Made by a program: the position numbers and the translations under genes. DNA of 62,980 nt, the filler included, from Welwitschia mirabilis (taxonomy: Eukaryota): assembly GCA_051453625.1 (NCBI GenBank). It is 6 parts of one record of this genome, joined end to end, with 100 filler letters (N's around TTAATTAATTAA, not from the genome) between each part and the next. Parts side by side here need not be neighbours in the genome. Positions count along the whole stretch, not along the records: positions 46,601 to 51,205 come from JBOZIK010000001.1; positions 51,306 to 58,899 come from JBOZIK010000001.1; positions 59,000 to 62,980 come from JBOZIK010000001.1; 3 more parts are not named here. The stretch is one strand, 5' to 3'. Positions 48,760 to 60,450 of this stretch are shown piece by piece (within the stretch, counting starts at the first letter, position 1; each line of letters starts with the position of its first letter). The notes beneath the pieces were generated by a model. That model was not told where the DNA came from. It ran no database searches and saw nothing but the letters and a program-made list of their open reading frames with translations.

Positions 48760-49285
48760 GATAGATCTTTGGAAAGCCAAAGGGAAGGACTGAATGAAGG
48801 AAACAGGAAAACTAGAATCAGAGATGGAGAAGGAGAAGAAAAAATGAGGGAAGAAGGGAGAGGAAAAGCTTTTAAGATGGAAGAAAAAAGAGGGGGCGTC
48901 CAAGGATTTGCATGCACGTGGCTGGACGTCTGACATTTTTGGTTGGGACGTGTAGGTTTTAAAAACCCGCTATAACACATATTTGGCCGGGACGTCTGGT
49001 GGCATGATTCGGGACATCTGGGCATAAGCTCGAATTTGAGACAAATTTACAGTCGGATGTCCGAAAAAATCGTTGGGATGTCTAGGGGGGAAGCTCAGTT
49101 TGTTTGCCAAGAGAAATTAGTGGGACGTCCGATTCCAAGCCTCGGATGTCTGGATTTTAGCAGAAGTTAGGCTTAATTCTCAAAATGGAAGATGGCGGAA
49201 AAAAGACATGAATTAGAATCCCACATATGCATTTTACTAGAGATGATGTTGATGATGACATATGTAGGGACAACATTTGAGCATT

Positions 49286-51100
49286 TTATATTGGAAGGGA
49301 ATTGATCCCTACTCCAAGTTTATTCCCAAAAAATGCAAATTTATCCTCACTCAAACTCTTAGGCATGATGTCCGCAATTTGTCTGTTAGGTGAGATGTAT
49401 TCAAGAGTAATGTTGTTATTTTGAACACGTTCTTGAATGAAATGATGTCTAATAATTGTATGCTTGGTTCTCGAATGTTGAACTGGATTTTTAATAATGT
49501 TTATTACGCTGGTGTTATCACAATAAATTTTGATCTTGTTAAGATTGACACCAAAATCGATCATCATCTGTTTCATCCAAAGGAGCTGAGTATAGTAGGC
49601 TCCAGCAGCTATGCATTCAAGTTCAATAGTGGATAAAGAGGTTGTGGTTTGCTTCCTACTTGACCAAGAAACTAAGTAATTTCCCATATAGAAGCAAGCA
49701 CCACTAGTGCTTTTCCTGTCATCAACACACCTTGCCTAATCAACATCACTATATCCAACTAGATCTAACGAAGTGTCGTAGTCATATCAAAGACCTAAGT
49801 NNNNNNNNNNNNNNNNNNNNNNNNNNNNNNNNNNNNNNNNNNNNNNNNNNNNNNNNNNNNNNNNNNNNNNNNNNNNNNNNNNNNNNNNNNNNNNNNNNNN
49901 AACACACCTTGCCTAATCAACATCACTATATCCAACTAGATCTAACGAAGTGTCGTAGTCATATCAAAGACCTAAGTTTTGAGTGGACTTCAAATATCTG
50001 AGGATTCTTTTGACTTTGGTCAGGTGAGATTCTCTAGGGCCAGCTTGGTATCTAGCACAAACTCCTACACTATAGGCAATGTCAGGCTGCTAATGGTGAC
50101 ATAAAGTATGTTGCCTATAAGGCCTTAATAAAGTTTTTGATCCACTTTCTTTCCGAGTTTGTATTTGCTTATTTTGGCACTTGTTGACATAGGAGTTTTA
50201 GTATTTTTTGACTCTGTCATGTTGTATTTAACTAGGATATCGTGAACATACTTAGATTGACAAACAAAGATTCCATTCTTTCCTTGTTTTATTTGAAGTC
50301 CTAAAAAGTAATTTAGTTCTCCTACTAAGCTCATTTCGAATTCGCTTTGCATGAGATCAGTAAATTCCAAGGCAAGAGAATCCTTGGTGGATCCAAAAAT
50401 GATATCATCAACATAAATTTGAGCAATAAGAATATTTTCTTTGTCCCTTTTGATGAAGAGAGTTGGATCAACATTACCCTTTCTAAACCCATTGTCTAAG
50501 AGAAATGAGTTTAATCTCTCAAACCATGCTCTAAGAGCCTGTTTCAATCTATACAAGGCTTTATTCAATTTGTAGACATGATTTGGAAATTTTGGATCAG
50601 TGAATCCTGGAGGTTGGGTAACATAGACTTGCTCATTTATAAATCCATTTAAAAAGGTACTCTTGACATCCATTTGAAATAATTTTATTAACACGCAAAA
50701 GCAAGTAACATGCGGATAGCTTCTAACCTGGCAACTGGAGTGAATGTCTTAGCATAGTCACTCCCTTCTTGTTGACAATAACCTTGAGCTACTGGTCTTG
50801 CTTTATTTTGAATGATGTTGTGATTTTCATCTCTTTTGTTTTTGAAAACCCATTTTGTTCTGATGACATGCTTCCCTTTTGGTAGAGGCACCAGATTCCA
50901 AACTTTGTTTCGTTCAAATTGGTTGAGCTCTTTTTGCATGGCTAGCATCCATGATTCGTTGTTTTCTGCTTCTTGTAATGTTCTTGGTTCAATGTTAGAT
51001 AAAAGAACAAAGGAAGCTATGGTTAACATGCTTACCGGTTTTTGTAGTAGTTCCCTTTGAAAGATTACTTAAGATGGCATCTTCAGGATGGTCTGGTTTG
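49286..51100 (-). pseudogene. Copia pol remnant (reverse transcriptase and RNase H)
   Basis: ELNQFERNKVWNLVP, KWVFKNK, QMDVKSTFLNG, QIYVDDIIFGST, EFEMSLVGELNYFLGLQIKQ, VSWSSRKQ, YCDNTS, NPVQHSRTKH; frameshifted. Confidence 0.95.
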
Positions 51101-51349
51101 GTTCTCACGGGAAGAAAGGAGCACCTTTGAGACTCTTTGTCTTGAGAGGCTTTGATTTGTAAGGGAGTAGAGGATCTGGTGCTAACTTGTGAGGTGGAAG
51201 GAATGNNNNNNNNNNNNNNNNNNNNNNNNNNNNNNNNNNNNNNNNNNNNTTAATTAATTAANNNNNNNNNNNNNNNNNNNNNNNNNNNNNNNNNNNNNNN
51301 NNNNNATAGGTGAACTGAACGTGTCTATATTCTTGACAAAAATAACATT

Positions 51350-52705
51350 TCAAGCTAGAAACACTAAAAGAATGATACTTAACACTTGAGCCAAAAAAAA
51401 AAAAAAATGAGAAGGCAACATACCAGAGGTAGATCTAATTCCAAATTTGTTGTTTGGTATCCTTCCCACTCCCAAAAGACGATTTAAGTTCTCCTTTCCA
51501 TTCGTAAGCTGTTCAGCAGTGTTGTGAGCTTGAGCTAGATCTTTGGTAAGAGCTTTTATCTCTTGAAAGGCTTCTTTTAGTTTGTCTTCTAGATTGCCAA
51601 CCTGTTCCTTCAAATAAAGATTTTTCTTTCCAAGTCCTTAACTAACATAATATAGTTTCTCATAAGCAATAGATATATCATCATCATCACTTTCATAATC
51701 ATGTAACTTGGTTAAGTCAATAGATGAATTTGAATCAACGGATTTACTTACATCTTCTACTATAGAGATTAAACCAAAATTAATGCATCCTCTATCATCG
51801 CTTAACAGAGACCTTGCATCGTCCTCATCCCAAGTGACTTTCAAGGCTTTCTTACCTTTGGATTTGTGTGACTTATCCTTCCTTTTGTTGACACATTTAT
51901 AAGCAATATGACCATAACCTTTACATTCATAACATTGTATGGAGCTAAATGGATTTTTATCTTTGTCCATACCTCGTTTGAAGGACTGCCGAGTTGATCT
52001 TCCTTCATCAGATTCAGCTTTTAGAGCAATATTTCTCCTTTTTGGTTGATCATTTTCTATTTGTAGGGATGCCTCATATGCCATAAGAGACCCTTCAAGT
52101 TCATCAACCTTGATTCTATCAATATCTTTGCTTTCCTAAATGGCTGTGATCTTGAGTCTGAACTTCTTTATGAGGCTCCTAAGGATTTTCTTCCCCAATC
52201 GATTCTGCGATATAGCTTCTCCTAACCCCCACATGCTATTCATGATGTCATTTATTTTGGAGGTGTAATCTGCCATTGATTCCAAGTCTTCCATTCTGAT
52301 GTTTTCAAATTGAGTTGCCAACATTTGCAGCTTTGCATTTTTCACAAAATTAGTACCTTCATGAGCAACCCTTACAATCTCCCAGATTTCCTGAGTTGTA
52401 TCATACTGAACCACACAGTTGTACTCTTCTGGGGATAAGACACATATCAAGGCATTCATGGCCTTGGCATTTATTTGAGCAACCCTTTTGTTATCCTGAA
52501 CCCACTCACTTCTTGGATTTGGAATGGTTTTACCACTGACTAATTTCATAGGAGCAGCATATCTGAATTCAACCATTTCTCAGATTTTACAATTTAGAGA
52601 TTACAGAAAAATGGCCATCTTTGTTTTCCAATAGGCATAATTTGACCTTGGAAATAATGGAGGTCTAGAAATAGATTGACCTTTAGTAAAACTTAAGGAT
52701 GCCAT
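51350..52705 (-). pseudogene. Sirevirus gag, copy B (disrupted)
   Basis: AKAMNALICVLSPEEY, AHEGTNFVK, KILRSL and knuckle CYECKGYGHIAYKC; stops and frameshifts. Confidence 0.9.
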
Positions 52706-53166
52706 TTGGTCTGAGATAAATACACAAAGAGAAGAATAAAAAGAAACCCTAATTTAGAGCAACCAGGCTCTAATACCAATTGTTAGGATTGAAAACATCC
52801 TAGAGGGGGGGTGAATAGGGTTTTTAAACTTTATTGAAAATCTGAAATAAAACTATTAAGTACTGCAATCAAAATAAATAAGGCACAAAAAGGAAAGCAC
52901 TAGATTTTATAGAGGTTCGGCTCTCCAAGCCTAGTCTACTCTCAGGGGGTAGCATAAGCTTTCAGCCTCTTGGTTGCCTTAGTCAACAAATCTCTTTAAT
53001 ACAACCACCCTCTAGCTAGGGTTCAAGTTACAGAACTTGCTCTTTCAGAGCGACATCAGAGAAGAANNNNNNNNNNNNNNNNNNNNNNNNNNNNNNNNNN
53101 NNNNNNNNNNNNNNNNNNNNNNNNNNNNNNNNNNNNNNNNNNNNNNNNNNNNNNNNNNNNNNNNNN

Positions 53167-55610
53167 TTTGCCTTTCGTATTTGAGCTGATGACCTGAATA
53201 ATTTTGTTGACTTCATCATTGAAACATATTTGTTCTCAACACAACATACCAAAGGTAGATCCAATTCTAGATTTGTCGTTTGGTCTCCTTCCCACTTCCA
53301 AGAGACTATTTAAGTTCTCCTTTCTATTCGCAAGCCATTCAGCAGTGCTATGAGCTTGAGCTAGATCTTTGTGAAAAGCTTCTATCTCTTGAGAGGCTTC
53401 TTTTAGTTTGTCTTCCAGATTTCCAACCTGTTTCTCTAGATAAAGATTTTTCTTTCCAAGTTCTAAACTAACATGATATAGTTTCTCATAAGCAAAAGAT
53501 ATATCATCATTATCACTTTCATAATCATGAAACTCGATTAAGTCAACTGATGAATCTGAATCAACAGATTTACTTACATCTTCTACTACAGAGATTAGAC
53601 CAAAATTAATGCATCCTTCATCATCACTTGACAGAGAGCTTGCATCATCCTCACTCCAAGTGGCTTTCAATGCTTTCTTACGTTTGGATTTGTTTGACTT
53701 ATCCTTTCTTTTGTTGGCACATTCAGAACCAATATGACCAAAACCTTTGCATTCATAATGATGTATGGAGCTAGAAGGATTTTTACCTTTGTCCATACCT
53801 TGTTTGAAGGACTGCCAAGTTGAACTTCCTCAGAGCTAGATCATCGTCCTTTAAGTCCTCACTCGATTGAGTGCTTTCGTCGTCATCAGATTCAGCTTTT
53901 TGAGCAATATTTCTCCTTTTTAGTTGATCATCTTTTGTTTTTAGGGATGCCTCATATGCCATGAGAGATCCTTTAAGTTCCTCAACCTTGATTCTGTCAA
54001 TATCCTTGCTTTCCTCAATGGCTATGATCTTGGGCCTGCACTTCTTTGTGAGGCTCCTGAGGATTTTCTTCACCACTTGATTCTGCGATAGAGCTTCTCC
54101 CAACCCCTACATGCTATTCACGATGTCATTTATTTTGGAGGTGTAATCTGCCGTTGATTCTAAGTCTTCCATTCTGATGTTTTCAAATTGACTTGCTAAC
54201 ATTTGCAGCTTTGCGTTTTTTTTACAACATTGGTACCTTCATGAGCAACCCTTAGAGTATCCCAGATTTCCTGAGCTATATTACACTAAACCACACGGTT
54301 GTACTCTTCTGAAGATAAGGCACATATCAAGGCATTCATGGCCTTGGCATTCATTTGAGTAGCCCTTTTGTTATCCTCATCCCACTTGCTTCTTGGCTTT
54401 GGAATGGCTTTACCATTGACTAATTTCGTGGGAGCAGCATATCCGAATTCAACCGTTTCCCAGATTTCAAAATCTAGAGATTGTAGAAATATGGCCATAT
54501 TTGTTTTCCAGTAGGCATAATTTGACCCTGAAAATAATGGAAGCCTAGAAATAGATTGACCTTTAGTAAAACTTGAGGATGCCATTTGCTCTGGAACAAA
54601 CACACAAAGAGAAGAAGAAAAAGAAACCCTAATTTAGAGCAACAAGGTTCTGACATCAATTTTTAGGATCAAAAACACCCTGGGAGGGGGGTGAATAGGG
54701 TTTTTAAACTTTATTGAAAATTTGAAATAAAACTATTAAGTACTGCAATCAAAATAAATAAGGCACAGGAAGGAAAACACCATATTTTATAGTGGTTTGG
54801 CTCTGCAAGCCTACTTCACTCACAGGGGGCAGCACAAGCTTTCAGCCTCTTGGTTCCCTTAGTCAGCAGATCTCTTTAGTACAACCACCCTCTAGCTAGG
54901 GTTCAAGTTACAGAATTTGCTCTTTCAGAGCAACACCAAAGAAGAAGAGCAAAATGAAGTCCGATGAGAAATAAGCCTTAGATGCTTAGATTCTTCAGCA
55001 TGAAATACAATCAGATAAGATCAGAATTTCCTAGTTCAGTACAACCTACAATCATAGAGGAAGGAGTATTTCTATACATTTGATACTCAAATGATTTCCA
55101 ATAGTTCAGTACGCCAAAACAGTTTCAGGGATTGTATTTATAATAACCTTGTAAATAGGAAACCCTAAGGGAGGTCATTTTTGATAAGTGTGCTATCAGG
55201 TACCATCTCTTAGCTGTTCTTGCTTCATAATTTGTGCGCCCAACGTTTATCTGAAAGTTTTTTCCCACGGCCACGGATAACTACCGGACATCTTACTCAA
55301 AAAGGACGGATGTCCCATTTTTTAAAGTTCCTCTGACAGAGAACTGAGACAAAGGCCGGATATCCCAGTTTGGAATTCGGATGTCACACTACATTTGATA
55401 GAACATAGGCATGGATGTCCCGGTTTGAAGGCTGGACGTCCTAGTACTATTTTCCAAGCATAGGTCCAACCGTCCCAGGATGAAGAGCGAACGTCCCGGT
55501 ATTGATTTGATTTGGCTTGATTCTTTTACTTCGCGCAACCAAATCTTTAGCTAAGATTTAGTTCCTGGTTCTGCTTCCATTGTTCATTGTTGAAACATGC
55601 CTTACCGACA
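53167..55610 (-). mobile_element. Sirevirus copy A: complete 950-bp 5' LTR (54661-55610), decayed PBS and gag
   Basis: The LTR aligns with both LTR fragments of copy B; PBS remnant at 54647-54658; gag starts MASSSFTKGQSISRLPLFSGSNYAYWK at 54585. Confidence 0.88.
53236..54585 (-). pseudogene. Sirevirus gag, copy A (disrupted)
   Basis: ORFs 54286..54603, 53783..54103 and 53236..53796 are collinear with gag copy B; knuckle HYECKGFGHIGSEC. Confidence 0.9.
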
Positions 55611-56490
55611 GAAGTTTCCTTTTAGAGCAACTAAAAAAGACAAAGCAACATAGCAAACATTAGGGATATTTTAGAGCACCCCTAATTAGTATCTCCCATA
55701 AGAGCTCTTCCCCTGCATTCTTCAAATTTGAAGGTTGCTAAAATGGATGTGCAGTTGAGTCTTCTCAAATCATATGAAATCCAGGGGAGGTAATAAGGCT
55801 CCTCCATTAACATAAAAGCTCTTATAAATGAAACTCGTCTATCCTTTGTCCCAGTGCCAGTAGCAACATGCATGATTGTTTACACTAACCTATCCTTGTG
55901 GGCCTCCTGCAAGTCATCTCCGAGTCTTATGAATTGAGGAATATCATCACTTGTGGGACAGTGGTGTTGTTTTAAGGGAGCATGGTCCTCCACCCGTATG
56001 AATTCCATTGACATTCTATGGTACATGACATTGACCTAGCTTGGGGTTTCGATGTTCCCCAATTTATCATTTATTTTCATTTTTAATGGCCATTGTTGAT
56101 TGAGGACAGTTCTGAAGACTTCCTCCCATCTCCTAGTGCCAGAACATTTTGGTTTTAGCTTTATTCTTCCAAATTTGTAAATTTCCCTACTATAGTCCTA
56201 GTAAGTCTCCAAATCCTCCACTTCTGTTAAAGAAATAATTGTATTTTTATTTTGTTTGTAGTAAATAGTGGTATCCAATTTGGAAGCATTACAAGTGGTA
56301 TAAGAGCAGATTGATCCTATACAAGAAAATAATTTGGATGATATTACAGATGCAATTGTCACATGTGCCCTCGCTCTAAGCCTACCCATTGCTATTTCTC
56401 TTTAAAATTTATGAATTTATAGAAGATGGAATGAGATTTGTTTTCACTCCAATTAATGTCCCTTTCTGTGTCCACCTCTGCTTCTCCATT

Positions 56491-56516
56491 CTTCTTCTTC
56501 TTCTTCTTCTTCTTCT
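56491..56516. repeat. (CTT)n microsatellite
   Basis: Trinucleotide run that produces the poly-K and poly-F ORFs. Confidence 0.9.
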
Positions 56517-56899
56517 TTTTCCTTTTTTTCTTCTTTTTGTTTTTGCTTTTGGCAATTGAGAACAAAGGCAATGAAGCTAAATCTTCATCTCCATATGAAA
56601 ACGTTAGCATGGTTAGAAAAAGCAGTGGCTGGGGTACTGTTCATATCAAAAAGAGTTTATTCTTCATTGCCTGTAGTTGTCAAATGTTTCTTGTCTCATC
56701 CAAAACTCTACTTGTATTGCCTTTGTCTATGAATGTTTTGTTCTACTTCTACAACAACATGCATTGGCTTGTAAATTTGGAGTGCTGGAAGCATTCTTAT
56801 TGATTGAAATTGTTTAGCGATGCTTGGAATAAGTGGGCTTGGAGCATTATTGTCTGTGGATTGTTGAATATCAATTTCTGTTTTGATTAGAAGACTAAA

Positions 56900-58530
56900 A
56901 ATGAGATTTCTTCTCATCTGAATGAGATTTGGAGAGATAGGCAGGCACATCTGAATGAGATTTGGAAAGATAGGCAAGCACGCACCCATCCCTGTGCTTT
57001 CTCTGGTCTCATGGAAAAGTCAAAGGAAAAGAAAAACAACCTGTCTTCTTCTTCCTTCTGTAAAGAAAAACAGAATAGAAGGTTAAAAAATAAAAATAAA
57101 ATACAAGCAAAGAAGAGGATTTAGAGGAATGAATACAAGCAAAGAAGAGGAGCTAGGGGAAATGAGAATAGGGTTTCAGGAATGAGAGGGGTACACAACA
57201 GTCCCCAAAATCAGACACCTTGATGACAAATCAAGAAGAACTGTGGCGCCATTTGAGTTCATTGAATGACAACTGTGAGATATATGTTTTGAATGGGATG
57301 ATTTGGACCACATTGATTATAATACACTCACCAACAATTGCAGAAGTGCCTTAGGAGTCAATAATAATCATGAAAAGAACAATTTTTATGATTCATTGGT
57401 CGATTCTGTAGCAGTCGGGAAGGTTATTGGGGGGAGAGAGGTGTTAGGAATTATGCCTAAGAAGACAAATTTGAGGAGCTCAATTCAAGTCATAAATGTC
57501 ATGTTGAGACTAAAGTCTGTTATGGAGTTGTACCATTAACTCCATTGTGAAGTTGTAATAAAACAAATACAAGTATATTTAACTCCATAATGGAGCTTTG
57601 CACTAATTCCATTGTGGAGAATAAAGTTCATTCACATACGTATCCTAGTCTAAGGCAATAAATTATCATCAAATGTGACAACTATCAAGAATCAAACATG
57701 GTGACTCTTCACAAGCCTTACAAGGAAAAGAACACTAGATGCAAAAGAATTGAACACATTAATATGGTAGGATTCTAATATACTCAATTCCAATATAGAT
57801 CAACTTGATATTCACATAAAAATTTAGATGTAAAATTCAAGTTGACTGAAACTCCAATGCGAACTTGATACGTGGTCAACTAAATCAACCAGTTACAATA
57901 AAAATTATAATAAGGAAAATTGAATTCAAGATGCTTCAATTTTCTGGATCATTAAGATCATCTGTAAACAAGTCATGTCCTCACTATTGAATAAATAGTG
58001 CAAAAAATATGGTTAGATAAAGATGGTTTAGATCACATTGATGCATGTCGAGAATCTTACTCTCATTATCAAATAGTCATTATGATTGAATATCAAAACA
58101 CTCGCTACAATAACTATCCTAGGTATGCAATAAAAATCATGTTTTGACATGATTATTCACTTTGCATTTACTGAAAATGTGAGAGTTGTTACTGAAACTC
58201 CCATTTTCTAACAAGAGAAGGGATTGATTGGGAGAAAGATTGTCTTCCACAAGCAAGTCCATCTTGTGTGCACTATGATATGGCAATGCATGAATCACAC
58301 TCCTAGATTGTCCAACCTCCATCTAATTTGTCGTCTATGCTATAGTTGGCATGCTTTTAGTGGTGCTCTTTGACAGGTCCTTTAGATTGAATTTAAAAGG
58401 GTCCTTTTTGTCAAAGTTGCCCATGCTGTTGCGACCATGAAAAAGTCAAAGCCATGCAAATGTACGGGATTGTCCATGACAGAGTGTGAAGTGTATGCCC
58501 TAAGGAAAATCCAATTTAAGCAAAGCCAAC
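56900..58530 (-). mobile_element. Very decayed Ty3/gypsy remnant: integrase traces, PPT-like tract and LTR start near 57200
   Basis: HGFDFFMV..TLTKRTLL (cf. GYDAIWVIVDRLTKSAHF) and VIHALPYH (cf. STPYHPQ) at 58250-58520; TTTTGGGGAC-TGTTGT junction at ~57200. Confidence 0.4.
56915..56980. repeat. 33-bp tandem duplication
   Basis: CATCTGAATGAGATTTGGAGAGATAGGCAGGCA / CATCTGAATGAGATTTGGAAAGATAGGCAAGCA (2 mismatches). Confidence 0.9.
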
Positions 58531-59839
58531 AATTCCAAGTATCGTAGCTAGTGTAGACAAGAGGTTAAAGAGGACAATAGAGAGGGAGAGAAAAAGACAA
58601 AAAGTGTTGTTACAATAAAAATAATTACGAAAATGCACCCATTTAACCATGCAAGTTACTACTTCTATTCTAATTGGCTTTGAGGCAATCATTCCCAAAT
58701 TATGAATCATTACAACATGGAGAATTAAAAAAAATACATCAACTCTGCATATACAACAACTCACAATTTGAGAATGTTGACTATTCCAATTGTGTTCAAT
58801 TGTAGTATGTAATTGCTACTACCCCCATAATTTGCTATTTTATGTTATTTCCTTAAATCCCACATTGATTAGGCATTTTGTTGTAAGAGGACTTGTGTCN
58901 NNNNNNNNNNNNNNNNNNNNNNNNNNNNNNNNNNNNNNNNNNNTTAATTAATTAANNNNNNNNNNNNNNNNNNNNNNNNNNNNNNNNNNNNNNNNNNNNA
59001 TAATTATTTCTGACTTTTTTTTGGCTCACTTTATTTCTTTTTCTAATTCATTCACCCACATATGTTTGACTGATATATAAAATATGCTTAACATTGAAAA
59101 TAATTAAGAAAGAATGCATGAAATGCATAAATAACATTTGCTACATATAACTTCTCGTATCCTGTGTTTTGTGCTTCAAAGATCTTAATGAAAGCCCAAT
59201 CATGTGTTCATCTGTGAAATAATATCCTAACTAGTACCATTGCATGTAAAACATATGTTATTTCCTAGTTAATAAGTGGCACTTTAGGCTATCAAAGTTA
59301 GCATCCCTTGTTTAGAAATATAAACATGAAACTGGTTATTGATATGCAGGTTAAATGTCTCATGAAGCATCTTTTGGTCTCAGTGTATTACTATTGTACT
59401 AGTTGTGTAGGTTATTGTCAAAGATATGTCCATTTTCTTCCTAACATGACAACACTCTCTTTCACATTTTGTATTTATTAATTTCCAAATTTATAGATTT
59501 GGGTGGAACTAAAATAAAGAAAATATAGTTCCACATTTACAGAGACAAGAACAGCAAGTTGATCACAACTATAGAAATGAATCAAAGAAGGTAATCGAGT
59601 TCCACAAATAGTTTACTAATGTTGAGAGGCACTTGTTTTGGCATTGGAACTCATACATTTCATTCTAAGTTGGGACATGATATTGATTAATGCATATGGT
59701 TTTAGCACTATCCTCGACAAAAGCATTGACTTTTGAAATTCCACAAACTTTTAAAGCAAGTCTTTGAATTTGAGGTATGACTCTATTTAGATGGAAAAAA
59801 ACCTATATGCATATATAATGCTATCCATTACAAAAATTT

Positions 59840-60450
59840 TTATTAAAGAACCCTTGAAACAAAGATGCTAGAAGAAGATCTAGAGGATGATGCTGATTAT
59901 AACAGTAACATTCTTAAAACCAGAATATGAAGTAGTAGGAAGGTTGATCAAAAAATGAAATGTGAACTGCACAAAGGGAGAGCAACAGTTAAGCAATATC
60001 TAGTCAATGAAAAGTAGGCATTGGGAGAATCAAGCACAAAATCTCCAGGATAAAGATGTTGAGGTATGTTATTTCATGATGGGATCTCTTAACTCAAAGC
60101 TTCAAGTACTTATTATAGGAATCGCATCCATGGAATATGAAGAGCTGAATAAACTCCTAGAAAGTCTTCAACCTAGCATGTGCATTATGTTCTATAAGTC
60201 CCATCTATTCAAATGCTGAAGATGATGATATTAGATTACTCTTCTGGGTCATTGATGCTAATAATAGATCACTCTTGAGGAGGATAATTCCATGTTCTTT
60301 AAGGCTAAAAGATTTCCACAAGAAGAAAGATTTAATGCAATAAGAACAAGAAATCCAAACCTTAATTTAGAACCTTTGATTTGTTTCCATTATAAAGATG
60401 AAAGTTTCAAGCCTTAGAGATTTGGGATGCAAGTTCCAGAAGATTGCAGA
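59840..60450 (+). mobile_element. Decayed copia gag-like remnant
   Basis: QDKDVEVCYFMMGSLNSKLQVLII..YEELNKLLESLQ resembles a UBN2 gag C-terminus; a decayed knuckle (ICFHYK) follows. Confidence 0.35.

Larger units (their letters stand above)
46601..53066 (-). mobile_element. Sirevirus (SIRE/Maximus) Ty1/copia element, copy B: partial 5' LTR, PBS, gag, RT-RNaseH, env-like ORF, PPT, partial 3' LTR
   Basis: 5' LTR part 52781-53066, PBS 52767-52778, gag 51350-52705, pol 49286-51100, extra ORF 47696-48759, PPT AAGGGGAAGAT 47260-47270 plus an upstream ATGACAAAGGGGGA (~47598-47611), 3' LTR part 46601-47259. Confidence 0.88.

Noticed and set aside
49723..49978. Exact direct repeats flanking 100-N gaps (also ~17469-17630 and ~21424-21599)
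   Set aside because: Unmerged contig overlaps; the duplicated sequence sits exactly at both gap edges.
55611..56400. Possible ORF1 of the LINE at 42.3-46.4 kb, displaced by the Sirevirus
   Set aside because: No convincing DUF4283 or knuckle motif, no matching TSD, and a gap plus another LTR end lie between.
56392..56803. Poly-K and poly-F ORFs
   Set aside because: Products of a CTT microsatellite and T-rich tract.
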